This document shows positions 36,700 through 45,853 of a stretch of DNA of 64,000 nucleotides, in pieces. The stretch covers positions 595,338-659,337 of the forward strand of contig JBAZXR010000001.1 in assembly GCA_041659765.1 (NCBI GenBank), written 5' to 3'. The position numbers were made by a program, and so were the translations under genes. Numbering within the stretch: position 1 is the stretch's first letter; each line of letters begins with the position of its first letter. This stretch comes from Patescibacteria group bacterium. GTDB lineage: Bacteria > Patescibacteriota > Patescibacteriia > UBA9934. The notes under the pieces are model-generated. The model had not been told where the DNA came from. It saw only the letters and a program-made list of their open reading frames with translations, and searched no databases.

Positions 36700-38247
36700 T
36701 TACTGCGTCTTCTCACCTGTGAGTAAAAAGTCTAACTCGTTGTCAAAGATTCTTTTAAATTCCGATCGTGGATCCGCATGATCAATAATCTGTTTTGCAA
36801 CTAGATGGGCGTATTTATCTTTAATTATTCCCTCAGGATAATTAATCCTGTGATCTACGCTGCATCCAGAAAGTTCAGCATCGAAATCATTCTTCATTTC
36901 ATTATCGTAGTAATCTTCAATCTGCTTCCTTGATAATACAACGAAACGTTTGGCCGCGATATCCACGTTCATCTTCTGCATCTTCTTGTATTCGGGAGTA
37001 TTTTGGTATTCAGGATCAGTGGGGCTATCAATGATAATGCTGTATTTATCGTAGTAAAATGGGTTGCACTTAAGGAGTGTCTGCTCGGTGTTGAACCTTC
37101 GAATGTGTTCTGCAAAAAGTGGTACATTATTTGCCCCTGCGGCTGAAATAAACCCCCAATTCTTCACGATCCCTTTCTTCTTTAATGCGTCAAGCAATTT
37201 TTGAAGACTAGCCTCCTCGAGAAGACAATAATTTTCAACGTAGCCAAAATCCGTCTCGTCAGCCCCCACCATCTTTGCAGCAATATAGTTAACGCTCTGA
37301 TCATCGAACCCGTCGTTGCCTTTCCCCGGATTACCGTGCTCGTCTACGGTTTGTCCGCCATCAATTAAATATACCTTTTGATCTCTTGGAAAACTTCCGG
37401 ATTTCGAAACAATAAATGGCGAATGTGTAGTTACGAAAAACATTGCGTTATTGACTGATGATAAATCGTTTAAGATTTTTGGAACCAATTTTTGATACTC
37501 AGGGTGAAGAGATGTTTCCGGTTCCTCGATGCAGATGATGTGAAAATAATTTGGGACCTCCGGTCTATCGTTCCTTTTGTAGGACTCCAAATCATTGATC
37601 AATTTCTGCAAATTGAAATAAATCGAAATAAGGCGGATTTGTCCAGACGACAATGCCTTGAGATTAATTCTAGAGCCATCTTCAAGAAGTAACTGAATTG
37701 ATTCAACGCCCGCTGCCGATCTCATTACGTTCGTCACGGGAGAGTTGGTGTATCGATGTCTATTAATGAAATCTCTTAGATCACGTTCTAAAATGAAACT
37801 CGGCAACTTATCAAGATTGATCGCGAGACCCTCCTTGTGGGGCAACGTTCGTCTTGTGTCACTGAAATCGAAATATCGGGCAATATCTCCTAGGGGGAGA
37901 GTTGTGGCCCCTCCTTCAGCCTTCTGCATAACAGCTTTCCCATTTTTAATGAGTGAGGGATCCAGATGCACGTTTACTGTATTGCCTATTCCTTCCGGCT
38001 CGTCATATGAATACGAGAAGTTGAAGTCTGGATGGAATACTTCGAGAGGATCGCCAAAGGCCTCGTCGATGTTGGCGTCACTACGATTGTAATATTGGGA
38101 ATTAAAAGCCATCATGATCAATTCGAGAACCGAGCTTTTTCCTGCGCCGTTTTTTCCAATTAAATAATTGACCTTCTTTAATTTTGTAATTTCAAATGAT
38201 GAAGCCTTGATATTTTTATACCCAGAGATACTTAATTTGCTCAACAT
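36700..38247 (-). CDS. OLD/GajA-like ABC ATPase with a divergent TOPRIM-like C-terminus
   Basis: GKNGAGKS, LSSGQ, IEEPETSLHP, TTHSPF; C-terminal LLEE...GA.N...IIID. Confidence 0.75.
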   Translation of the reverse strand: MLSKLSISGYKNIKASSFEITKLKKVNYLIGKNGAGKSSVLELIMMAFNSQYYNRSDANIDEAFGDPLEVFHPDFNFSYSYDEPEGIGNTVNVHLDPSLIKNGKAVMQKAEGGATTLPLGDIARYFDFSDTRRTLPHKEGLAINLDKLPSFILERDLRDFINRHRYTNSPVTNVMRSAAGVESIQLLLEDGSRINLKALSSGQIRLISIYFNLQKLINDLESYKRNDRPEVPNYFHIICIEEPETSLHPEYQKLVPKILNDLSSVNNAMFFVTTHSPFIVSKSGSFPRDQKVYLIDGGQTVDEHGNPGKGNDGFDDQSVNYIAAKMVGADETDFGYVENYCLLEEASLQKLLDALKKKGIVKNWGFISAAGANNVPLFAEHIRRFNTEQTLLKCNPFYYDKYSIIIDSPTDPEYQNTPEYKKMQKMNVDIAAKRFVVLSRKQIEDYYDNEMKNDFDAELSGCSVDHRINYPEGIIKDKYAHLVAKQIIDHADPRSEFKRIFDNELDFLLTGEKTQ

Positions 38248-38302
38248 AAACTCCATTTGATCTTACGCGTTATTAAAAACCGCCACGCAAAGTGACGGTT
38301 TT

Positions 38303-38405
38303 TGGAGGGCCCGGAAGGAATCGAACCTACTTCGGGGCATTGCAGTGCTGACATCGAGGATATCGTCACTGTCAGTGCCTCTTGTCCGCCACTGGACTCG
38401 GGCCC
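38303..38405 (-). tRNA. Atypical tRNA (most likely Cys-GCA) with an insertion of about 30 nt in the anticodon arm
   Basis: Acceptor stem GGGCCCG/CGGGCCC plus TCCA; T-loop GGTTCGATTCC; D-arm GTCC-AGTGGC-GGAC; CTGCAA next to the insert. Confidence 0.65.
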
Positions 38406-38514
38406 ATATACCAAGGCTAACACGCATCAATCTTGAGGTCGAGCGACGGAAACGGGGATAACTTATGAAACGCATAAGGGGGCTCCGGGATGACTTCCTG
38501 CTACCATTCTCCCT

Positions 38515-39054
38515 ATGCCCCTCCCTCTCTTCACCTTAAAACGCCACCCCCGCTCCCGAGGCGTTCGTATTCGTATTCGTATTGGGGCTGATGGGCAGTG
38601 TACGGTCACGGCGCATAAACGAGTCCCCGTCTGGATGATCAACCAATTTGTAGAGCAAAAGTCCGCTTGGATCCAAGAACACGTCGCCAAAGCCAAAAGC
38701 AGGCCGCAGAGTTTGCTTCATGGGGGTACGAAGGCGGATTACACTCGCCTAAAAGTACGCGCGCTTGAGCTGGCGCATGCAAGGCTCGAATATTTCAATG
38801 CAGTCTACAAGCTCACCTACAAAAAAGTTTCTATTCGCAATCAAAAAACCCGCTGGGGCAGTTGTACAAGTAATGGGGCGTTGAGTTTTAATTATCGGAT
38901 CGTGCAACTGTCGGCGGAACAGGTTGATTACATCGTTGTTCATGAACTCTGCCACCTGGCGCAGATGAATCACTCGGTGAAGTTTTGGAGGTTGGTTGAG
39001 AAAACTATTCCAGACCACAAACGACTCCGAGCGACGATTAGGAACGCAAAGTAA
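38515..39054 (+). CDS. YgjP/SprT-like (M48-type) zinc metallohydrolase
   Basis: KTRWGSC, DYIVVHELCHL..MNHS. Confidence 0.9.
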   Translation: MPLPLFTLKRHPRSRGVRIRIRIGADGQCTVTAHKRVPVWMINQFVEQKSAWIQEHVAKAKSRPQSLLHGGTKADYTRLKVRALELAHARLEYFNAVYKLTYKKVSIRNQKTRWGSCTSNGALSFNYRIVQLSAEQVDYIVVHELCHLAQMNHSVKFWRLVEKTIPDHKRLRATIRNAK

Positions 39055-39079
39055 AACCCCGCCATTACAGCGGGGATTT

Positions 39080-39358
39080 TTACTTTTTCTTTTTTGCATT
39101 CACGAACTGCAGCGCGATGGCGAGGAGCGTTGGGATGGTAAAACCGATCAACAGCGGCCATGCGACAACCCATTCTTCGTGCGGATAACAGTATGCAGGA
39201 ACGTCGCCGGCGAATAACGCAACCTTACAGATCGCGCTGCCTTCTACAAGCATTTTTCTTACGAGCAGCCCCGAGGGCACTGCAATAAGCCACGCGCCCA
39301 AACAAAGGCCAAGAAGAAAACCTCGATGCTTTATTAGTAAATTCCCGAGGTTCTTCAT
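39080..39358 (-). CDS. Small two-TM hypothetical protein
   Basis: 92 aa, two hydrophobic helices. Confidence 0.65.
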   Translation of the reverse strand: MKNLGNLLIKHRGFLLGLCLGAWLIAVPSGLLVRKMLVEGSAICKVALFAGDVPAYCYPHEEWVVAWPLLIGFTIPTLLAIALQFVNAKKKK

Positions 39359-39360
39359 AG

Positions 39361-39678
39361 TTACATCACATCCTCATCCTCCCCCTTATACGTCTTTTTT
39401 TCTTTCACCGTGTAACCGTCTCTTGATTTGAGTGCTTCCATGATTCGGCGGACACCGTCAGCAATACCGGTGATGAGAGCGACGTTGCCGTCAAACTTCC
39501 GCTTCATGCCCATGATGGAGTTTTCGAGGTCGTCGAGTTTTACTTTTACTTCGTCAACAAGTCCGTGCAGGCGCTTGAGTAGTCCTGCAGCCTGGAAGAG
39601 AAGCCAGCAAAGAAAAGCAGTAAACCACAATGCACAAAACGCAAGCACTATGAATAGAATGTCTTGGGTTCCCAGCAT
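39361..39678 (-). CDS. TM plus coiled-coil hypothetical protein
   Basis: N-terminal TM followed by a heptad pattern. Confidence 0.75.
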   Translation of the reverse strand: MLGTQDILFIVLAFCALWFTAFLCWLLFQAAGLLKRLHGLVDEVKVKLDDLENSIMGMKRKFDGNVALITGIADGVRRIMEALKSRDGYTVKEKKTYKGEDEDVM

Positions 39679-39696
39679 ATTAACTAAATAATACCA

Positions 39697-40314
39697 CTAC
39701 TTAATCGGCGTTGTCCGCAAATCCGGGGTAACCTCCAAACACGCATCACGACATTGTAAAGGAATTTCCCTTTTTAACATAACATCGACCTGATCCCTAG
39801 TATAGATGTACTCATTGTTCGAGTCCTCGAGTCGGCTCTCGATACGTTGATCCAAAAGACGCTGAAACTCGATCGACTCCGGCGGAGGATTCAGTGGCGC
39901 GAATCGCAATAAGCATACTGATCCAATCCCCAACAAAATTAAAACACAAAACAAAATCATTCTTACGTCAGACAAACCTTCGATTTTCTTGATCAAAACA
40001 AGATCCATCACCAGAATAAACAACGTCATCGCACAAAAAATTAATACAATAAACAAACCCGCACTCCAGGCGTCCGCGATTCGACCAAAAATCTGAATAC
40101 TGACTGAAACAAAAGTAAAAAGTGCGACAAAAACTCCCAGTGCTTCAATCGACCTTATCTGCCTCTCATCCGCGCGCTTATCGTAGTCATCGATCTTGGC
40201 AACAAGGTCCGCTCGGAGAGTTTGAAAATCGTTCAAGGAAGGGACGTTGCCGGATCCAGCCTGGGATGCGACACCACGCTGAGGGTACGCGCTGCCTATT
40301 CCAAAGTTGGCCAT
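39697..40314 (-). CDS. Three-TM hypothetical protein
   Basis: IEALGVFVALFTFVSVSIQIF; overlaps the upstream gene. Confidence 0.75.
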   Translation of the reverse strand: MANFGIGSAYPQRGVASQAGSGNVPSLNDFQTLRADLVAKIDDYDKRADERQIRSIEALGVFVALFTFVSVSIQIFGRIADAWSAGLFIVLIFCAMTLFILVMDLVLIKKIEGLSDVRMILFCVLILLGIGSVCLLRFAPLNPPPESIEFQRLLDQRIESRLEDSNNEYIYTRDQVDVMLKREIPLQCRDACLEVTPDLRTTPIK

Positions 40315-41024
40315 AATGTCTTTTCAATCTCTTTAAGCTTAAAACTTTCTTTGGATTGCTCTATAAACTTTCTTATTGAAAAATTAGAAAATTTGGACGA
40401 CAAATTCTCCGTCGGATTTGAGTTAAAATCGCGGGTGATCTGGATGCCCGCCACCTCAGAGGGTTCGCCCGAAAGTCTCGCACTCATCCTTTCCAAAGTA
40501 ACGAAATTATTTACATTAAAGTCGAACTCATCAAATTTAACGCTCCTGACATACCTCACAAAAACTTCAACAAACGCGGATTCTGATTCAATGCCGAATA
40601 GATCTCTAAATCCCGGAACAATTGCCTGCTCAATAACTTTATCCTGACTTTGTTCCGGAATAAAAAAACGAGAAACGAACCCAACCCGTTTGATCGGCAG
40701 AGATTCGGCTCCGCAAAAAGCAATCAATTTCTCGGACAATTCGGTGATTGTCTTCATCTTAGCCTCAAACGGCTGCCTCCCTTCCCCGGCCACAAATAAA
40801 TCAATTCGCCCTCGCGCAATATTGCAACCGTATATGCCATCTTTGGAACTCAGCTGAACCACCGGGATATCGCTAAGCTCAATAGGGATAGGAAGCGCTA
40901 TCAGATTCCCATCCATTATTCCACCCAGTGCTTCATTAAGACGCTGATAACGATCTTCCGGGCGATCTATTAAACGATCTAGAAATAATGCCAGCTGGGT
41001 GTTAATGAGAATCTCATCCTTCAT
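40296..41024 (-). CDS. Hypothetical protein (TIGR04255-like)
   Basis: 242 aa; RIDL, IKRVGFV, DFNS motifs; AT-rich. Confidence 0.6.
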   Translation of the reverse strand: MKDEILINTQLALFLDRLIDRPEDRYQRLNEALGGIMDGNLIALPIPIELSDIPVVQLSSKDGIYGCNIARGRIDLFVAGEGRQPFEAKMKTITELSEKLIAFCGAESLPIKRVGFVSRFFIPEQSQDKVIEQAIVPGFRDLFGIESESAFVEVFVRYVRSVKFDEFDFNVNNFVTLERMSARLSGEPSEVAGIQITRDFNSNPTENLSSKFSNFSIRKFIEQSKESFKLKEIEKTLWPTLE

Positions 41025-41039
41025 AAATCAACGAGTTAG

Positions 41040-43460
41040 CTACCCCCTCAACGCCGCACCGAATTTGCCTTCGAGAGCCGTCGTGATGCGCTTAATTTCA
41101 TTTTCTACCTCGTCGCTCGTCAGTGTTCGATCATTAGCCGAAAAGGTCAGAGAAAGGGTCAACGACTTCTTACCGGACTCGACTCCTGCGCCGCGGTAAA
41201 TGTCAGTCAGCGAGATGTCGGTGAGTAACGGGCCAGCGACAGCGGCGGCGATTTCGTCGTAGGCGGTGCGTTCGTTCAACATGAAAGACAAGTCTCGTCG
41301 AGAAGCTGGGAAGGCACTGAGGAGTTCGTAGCGGAGAGCTTTTTTGAGATGCGGCAGAAGGGCTTCGAGGTCTAGGTCGATAAGGAAGACCTGCTTCTCA
41401 AGTCCGAAAGCACGTTCGTAGGCAGGCGCAACTTCCCCCATCATGCCAACAAGGGTGCGGACGCCGTTAATCTCGGCATGAATGTCCGCAGCGCGGCTGG
41501 GGTGATAGCGTGGAGTGTCCTGTACGCGGGTGAGCGAGAAGGCGACGCCGGTTTCTTTGCCGAGGCGTTCGAGCGTGCCCTTGAGGCGCATAAAAGCGGC
41601 CTCGGAGTTGTCGTAGCCGTAGTCGGCGATAACTAAACGATACTGTTCGAGAGGTAGGTTGCTGGTTGCGGGTTGCAGGTTAGAGAGGAGATGCACGCGA
41701 GAGAGTTCGAAAATACGAGCCGAAGGAGAGGTAGCCTGGTTCTTTTCGATATCCCGAAGAATCGAGGGAACTAGCGTGGGGCGCAGGTAGCTCAAGTCTT
41801 CGGCAAGCGGGTTGAGCAGCTTAACTGCATCAAGCGGGGTGATGCCGTAGCGTTCCAAGTCCTTGCCGTCAATGAGCGAAACGCCGAAGAACTCGGTATA
41901 ACCAAGAGATGCAAGAACGCGCTTCAGTTTGCGTTCCCAAACGACTGCAACGTCATTAACTGCTGGAGGAGGCGTCACGGCAGGCAACGTGCTCGGCATG
42001 TTGTGGTAGCCGTAGATGCGCGCAACTTCTTCGGTGAGATCAACCTCGGACTCAATGTCGTGATCACGCCAGAATGGAACGGTGGCCGTGATGATGTGGC
42101 CTTTCTTCGTCAGCATGAAGCCGAGCTTCGTCAGAATCTTCTCGATCTGTTCGTCCGAAATATCAACGCCGATTCTTGAGCGAATCTTCTTCGTAGACGT
42201 CTTGTACACGCGAGGTTTATACGCCTTCTCTTTTTCGTGGCGCGTGTCTGACAGTCCTTCGACGGTACCGCCAGCGAGTTGTTGTACAAGCTCAAGTGCG
42301 CGCGCCATGGCAATTGGCAACGCCTCCGTGGACAAACCTTTTTCGAAGACTAACTGAGAGTCAGAGTAAAGGTTCAGGTCGCGTGCGGTTCTGCGAACAG
42401 AGACGGCATCAAAAGCGGCTGCCTCGAAAACAACCGTCGTCGTTTCGTTCGTGGTCGAGCTCGCTTCCCCGCCCATGACACCAGCCACGGCCATCGGTCC
42501 TTCTTGGTCAGCAATGATGAGGTTTGTCTTTGAAAGTTCGTATTCCTTGCCATCGAGGGCTTTGAGCTTCTCCCCCTTCTGCGCGTCACGAATCACAATC
42601 TGATTACCGCGGATTTTGCTTGCGTCAAAGGCGTGCATCGGCTGGCCGAGCTCATGCAAGACCAAGTTTGTGATGTCAACAATGTTATTAATCGGCCGAT
42701 GACCAGCGAGCAACAATTTCTTCTGAAGCCACCACGGTGATGGGCCGACTTTTACGTTTTTTACCACGGCTGCCATGTAGCGTGGACACTTTTTGGAGTT
42801 GATCGAGACCCTGAAACCCTGAACCTCCTCCGACTCCTCCTTGGAAAGGAGGAGAGGAGCGAAAGTGAACTGACCATCGGTCGAGGCTGAACCTTCGCGG
42901 GCGAGACCGACGATGCTCATGCAGTCGGGGCGATTTGTAGTTACCTCGATATCAAAAATGGTGTCATTGAGTTCAAGTGCTTCGACAATCGGCGTGCCGG
43001 CTTTTGCGTCGGTTACTTTCGAAAGATCCCAAATCTCATGTTCGCCAGCGGGAATCTTGTCGAAACCGACTTCGGCTGCCGCGCAAATCATGCCAATGCT
43101 CTTTACTCCACGGATTTCAACCTCGGCGAGCGTGACCAGTTCGCCCTCACCATGCCACTTAACCTTTGCGCCCGGGAGCGCTACGAACACGCGCTGGCCA
43201 ACTTCAAGATTCGATCCGCCACACACAACTTCGACAGTCTTCTCGCCAATATCCGTCACCGCAATGCGAAGTTTGTTCGCATTGGGGTGCGCTTTGATCT
43301 CCTTGATAACGCCGACCACCATGTGTTCAAATTTGCCCCAAAGAGCGTCGATTTTTTCGACGGACATGGACTTGAGCGAGAGTTCTTTAGCAAACTCATC
43401 CGCAGAAAGCGTGGTGTTCAAGTATTCGCGGATCCAATTGTAAGAGGCGAGGATGTTCAT
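41040..43460 (-). CDS. pheT: Phenylalanine-tRNA ligase beta subunit
   Basis: HPNANKL, TTNRPDC, DLTEEVARIYGY, C-terminal FDX-ACB domain. Confidence 0.97.
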   Translation of the reverse strand: MNILASYNWIREYLNTTLSADEFAKELSLKSMSVEKIDALWGKFEHMVVGVIKEIKAHPNANKLRIAVTDIGEKTVEVVCGGSNLEVGQRVFVALPGAKVKWHGEGELVTLAEVEIRGVKSIGMICAAAEVGFDKIPAGEHEIWDLSKVTDAKAGTPIVEALELNDTIFDIEVTTNRPDCMSIVGLAREGSASTDGQFTFAPLLLSKEESEEVQGFRVSINSKKCPRYMAAVVKNVKVGPSPWWLQKKLLLAGHRPINNIVDITNLVLHELGQPMHAFDASKIRGNQIVIRDAQKGEKLKALDGKEYELSKTNLIIADQEGPMAVAGVMGGEASSTTNETTTVVFEAAAFDAVSVRRTARDLNLYSDSQLVFEKGLSTEALPIAMARALELVQQLAGGTVEGLSDTRHEKEKAYKPRVYKTSTKKIRSRIGVDISDEQIEKILTKLGFMLTKKGHIITATVPFWRDHDIESEVDLTEEVARIYGYHNMPSTLPAVTPPPAVNDVAVVWERKLKRVLASLGYTEFFGVSLIDGKDLERYGITPLDAVKLLNPLAEDLSYLRPTLVPSILRDIEKNQATSPSARIFELSRVHLLSNLQPATSNLPLEQYRLVIADYGYDNSEAAFMRLKGTLERLGKETGVAFSLTRVQDTPRYHPSRAADIHAEINGVRTLVGMMGEVAPAYERAFGLEKQVFLIDLDLEALLPHLKKALRYELLSAFPASRRDLSFMLNERTAYDEIAAAVAGPLLTDISLTDIYRGAGVESGKKSLTLSLTFSANDRTLTSDEVENEIKRITTALEGKFGAALRG
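42822..42857. repeat. CCTCCTT/AAGGAGG palindromic element inside pheT
   Basis: aacctcctccgactcctccttggaaaggaggagagg. Confidence 0.8.
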
Positions 43461-43469
43461 AGTCGATAG

Positions 43470-43561
43470 CTGAAAAGTTGAAAAGGTTGAAAAAGCTGTA
43501 AAGTGGGAATCTGATTGAATTACTTTTTTAACTTTCTTTGGCTTTTTTAACTTTTTTAACT
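43470..43561. repeat. Inverted 9-nt periodic tract element, copy 1
   Basis: AAAAGTTGA-type units, a spacer, then inverted TTTTTTAAC units; homologous to 60044-60139. Confidence 0.75.
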
Positions 43562-44644
43562 CTAAAACTGTTCAAGAAACCTCAAATCATTCTTATACAT
43601 GATGCGGATGTCGTCGATGTTTAAACCGGAACGCATCATAGCGGTGCGCTCAACTCCCCAACCGAAGGCAAAACCTTGATACTCTTTGGGATCAAGTCCG
43701 CCGGCTTTCAAAACATTCGGATGCACCATGCCGGCGCCGCCGAGTTCAAGCCAACCAGCTTTACAAAGCTTACATTTCACACCAGCGACAAGTCCTGTGC
43801 CTTCGCACATACCGCAAGAAATGTCGAGTTCAAAGCTCGGCTCGGTAAAGCGGAAATGATATGGACGCAAACGGGTAACGCGCCCTTCGCCGAAGAATTG
43901 TTTTGCGAAGTAATCGCAAACGCCCTTGAGTTCCGTGACGGTCGCGGTTTTGTCGATAACTAAACCTTCGAACTGGTGGAACATCGAGAGATGACGAGGT
44001 GTGGATTGTCGACGATAGCATTTGCCGATGTTGATCATGCGAATTGGCAACTGGCCTTTCTCCATCTCGCGTACCTGTGCGTTACTTGTGTGTGGAGTTA
44101 ATACAATCTTGCCTTTTTCGCCTGTCGCGGTTGTTGGTTGTCGGCCGTCGGTCGTCGAGGCGACAAAAAATGTTTCCCAATCATCACGAGCCGGATGATC
44201 CTTTGGCATGTTGAGCGACTCGAACGCGTAATAATCCCAATCGATCTCGGGATGACGAGCGCGGACAAAGCCGATGCGCGAAAAAATATCGGAAATTTCC
44301 TCGATCGCCTGGCTCGTAATATGGAGATGGCCGACAGCGGGCTCGGTTCCTGGCAAAGAAATGTCCAGCCATTCTTTTTCTGCACGTGAAGCAGACTCCG
44401 TGGCGTCCAGTCTCGCCTTTGCGGCCTCGAAAGCTCCCTCTATGGCAGCTTTCACTTCATTGGCCTTCTGTCCGGCAGCTCTCTTTTCTTCGTTCGATAA
44501 GCTTGGCAAGTCAGACATGATGTCCGCCAGTCTTCCCTTTCGGCCAAGGAACGCAACTCTGGAAGCCTCAAGTTCTTCCGCGTTCGCGATTGTCGAAAAT
44601 GCTTTGAGGCACTCGGTTTCAAGTTCTTGTAGTCGGTTGATCAT
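43562..44644 (-). CDS. pheS: Phenylalanine-tRNA ligase alpha subunit
   Basis: HPARD, FHQFEGL, FRFTEPSFE, GFAFGWGVER. Confidence 0.97.
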   Translation of the reverse strand: MINRLQELETECLKAFSTIANAEELEASRVAFLGRKGRLADIMSDLPSLSNEEKRAAGQKANEVKAAIEGAFEAAKARLDATESASRAEKEWLDISLPGTEPAVGHLHITSQAIEEISDIFSRIGFVRARHPEIDWDYYAFESLNMPKDHPARDDWETFFVASTTDGRQPTTATGEKGKIVLTPHTSNAQVREMEKGQLPIRMINIGKCYRRQSTPRHLSMFHQFEGLVIDKTATVTELKGVCDYFAKQFFGEGRVTRLRPYHFRFTEPSFELDISCGMCEGTGLVAGVKCKLCKAGWLELGGAGMVHPNVLKAGGLDPKEYQGFAFGWGVERTAMMRSGLNIDDIRIMYKNDLRFLEQF

Positions 44645-44660
44645 AGAATTTTGTTCGGCT

Positions 44661-44738
44661 CAGTCATCCTGAGGAGCTCCGAGCGACGAAGGATCCGATT
44701 GGGCAACCATTCAGATTCTTCGCTCCGCTCAGAATGAC
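44661..44738. repeat. CAGTC-tagged palindromic doublet, subfamily B copy 1
   Basis: CAGTCATCCTGAG...CGAAGGATC...GATTCTTCG...CTCAGAATGAC; inverted homolog at 47819-47896. Confidence 0.9.
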
Positions 44739-44752
44739 ACTACCGTTTGTCC

Positions 44753-45835
44753 TCAAAAGAGTTTCACGATGTCCTTATATGTAACAAACAATACCAGCAA
44801 GATCAACAGCGCAAAGCCAATGGTGTGGGCGGCTTGTTCGAACTGGAGGCTATTGGGTTTTCGACGAACGGCTTCGACAAAGACAAAGAGGGCGCGACCG
44901 CCGTCTAGGGCTGGAAACGGAATAGCATTTAAGACGGCCAAGTTAACAGACAAGAGCGCGGCAAATTGCACCAAATGCCAGAAGCCTAGGCGTGCCACCT
45001 GACCAGTCAAGGAGGCGATTCCGATCGGACCAGAGAGGTCAGCCGCCACGTTCCGATGTTGGAAGAGACCCGCGATAAGTCCAACAAATGCACCGACTAT
45101 GTCATACGTCATGCCCGCCGTGGTCACCAGTCCCTTAATAGGCGCGACGTAGAAAGGAAAACGCACCGTACCTGTCTCCACAATGGCTACACCAATAATC
45201 GGTCTGCCCGCCTCAGCGTTGAACTCAGGGATGATGTCCGCCTCTTTAGTTCCGCCATCATGTGTAAAAACAACATGTACCGGCGAGCCGTCCGCATGCG
45301 GTACGAGTGCGGCACGAGCCTCTTCGCCGTTAGCGTACGTTTTGCCATCAATAGCCGTGATCTGATCCCCCTCACTTAGTCCAGCTTTGTGCGCGGGGCT
45401 CTCAGAAAGAACCTGCATGACGTTCACGGCGCGGTTTGAAATAATGGCTGATTTATAATCCACGCCCTCAATGATTGAGGGCAGACCAAACATAAAACCC
45501 GCGGTGAATAACACCCAGGCCAACAGAAAGTTCATGATGACGCCCGCGAACAACACGTACAGACGCGCTGGAATACTCTTTTGGGCAAACGCGTCATGTT
45601 CGCCTCTCTTCTCCCCATTCTCACCCTTAATACGCACAAAACCGCCGAGGGGGATAAGGTTCACGCTCCACAGCATGCCGTTTCTGTCTTTCTTCCCAAA
45701 AAGCCTAGGCGGAAAACCAAAACCAAATTCTTCAACACTCATCCCCATCTGCCGCGCCGCAATATAGTGGCCAAGTTCATGCACGAGCACGAGCAAGGAG
45801 AGAACGAGAAGAAAAACAAAGATGGTGAGCAGCAT
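44753..45835 (-). CDS. rseP: RIP metalloprotease RseP
   Basis: HELGH, GFGFPP, PDZ domain, NAIPFPALDGG. Confidence 0.93.
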   Translation of the reverse strand: MLLTIFVFLLVLSLLVLVHELGHYIAARQMGMSVEEFGFGFPPRLFGKKDRNGMLWSVNLIPLGGFVRIKGENGEKRGEHDAFAQKSIPARLYVLFAGVIMNFLLAWVLFTAGFMFGLPSIIEGVDYKSAIISNRAVNVMQVLSESPAHKAGLSEGDQITAIDGKTYANGEEARAALVPHADGSPVHVVFTHDGGTKEADIIPEFNAEAGRPIIGVAIVETGTVRFPFYVAPIKGLVTTAGMTYDIVGAFVGLIAGLFQHRNVAADLSGPIGIASLTGQVARLGFWHLVQFAALLSVNLAVLNAIPFPALDGGRALFVFVEAVRRKPNSLQFEQAAHTIGFALLILLVLFVTYKDIVKLF

Positions 45836-45853
45836 AATATCGGGGAGATTGTA

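Noticed and set aside
27554-38300. Integrative element or prophage with att sites
   Set aside because: No integrase seen and no duplicate of the tRNA 3' end found at the left border
38303-38405. tmRNA end or tRNA-Sec
   Set aside because: No G3-U70 pair or ACCA end; no UCA anticodon; the insert is in the anticodon arm, not the variable arm
38564-38583. TTCGTA x3 microsatellite as a phase-variation switch
   Set aside because: The 6-nt unit keeps the frame and only three copies are present
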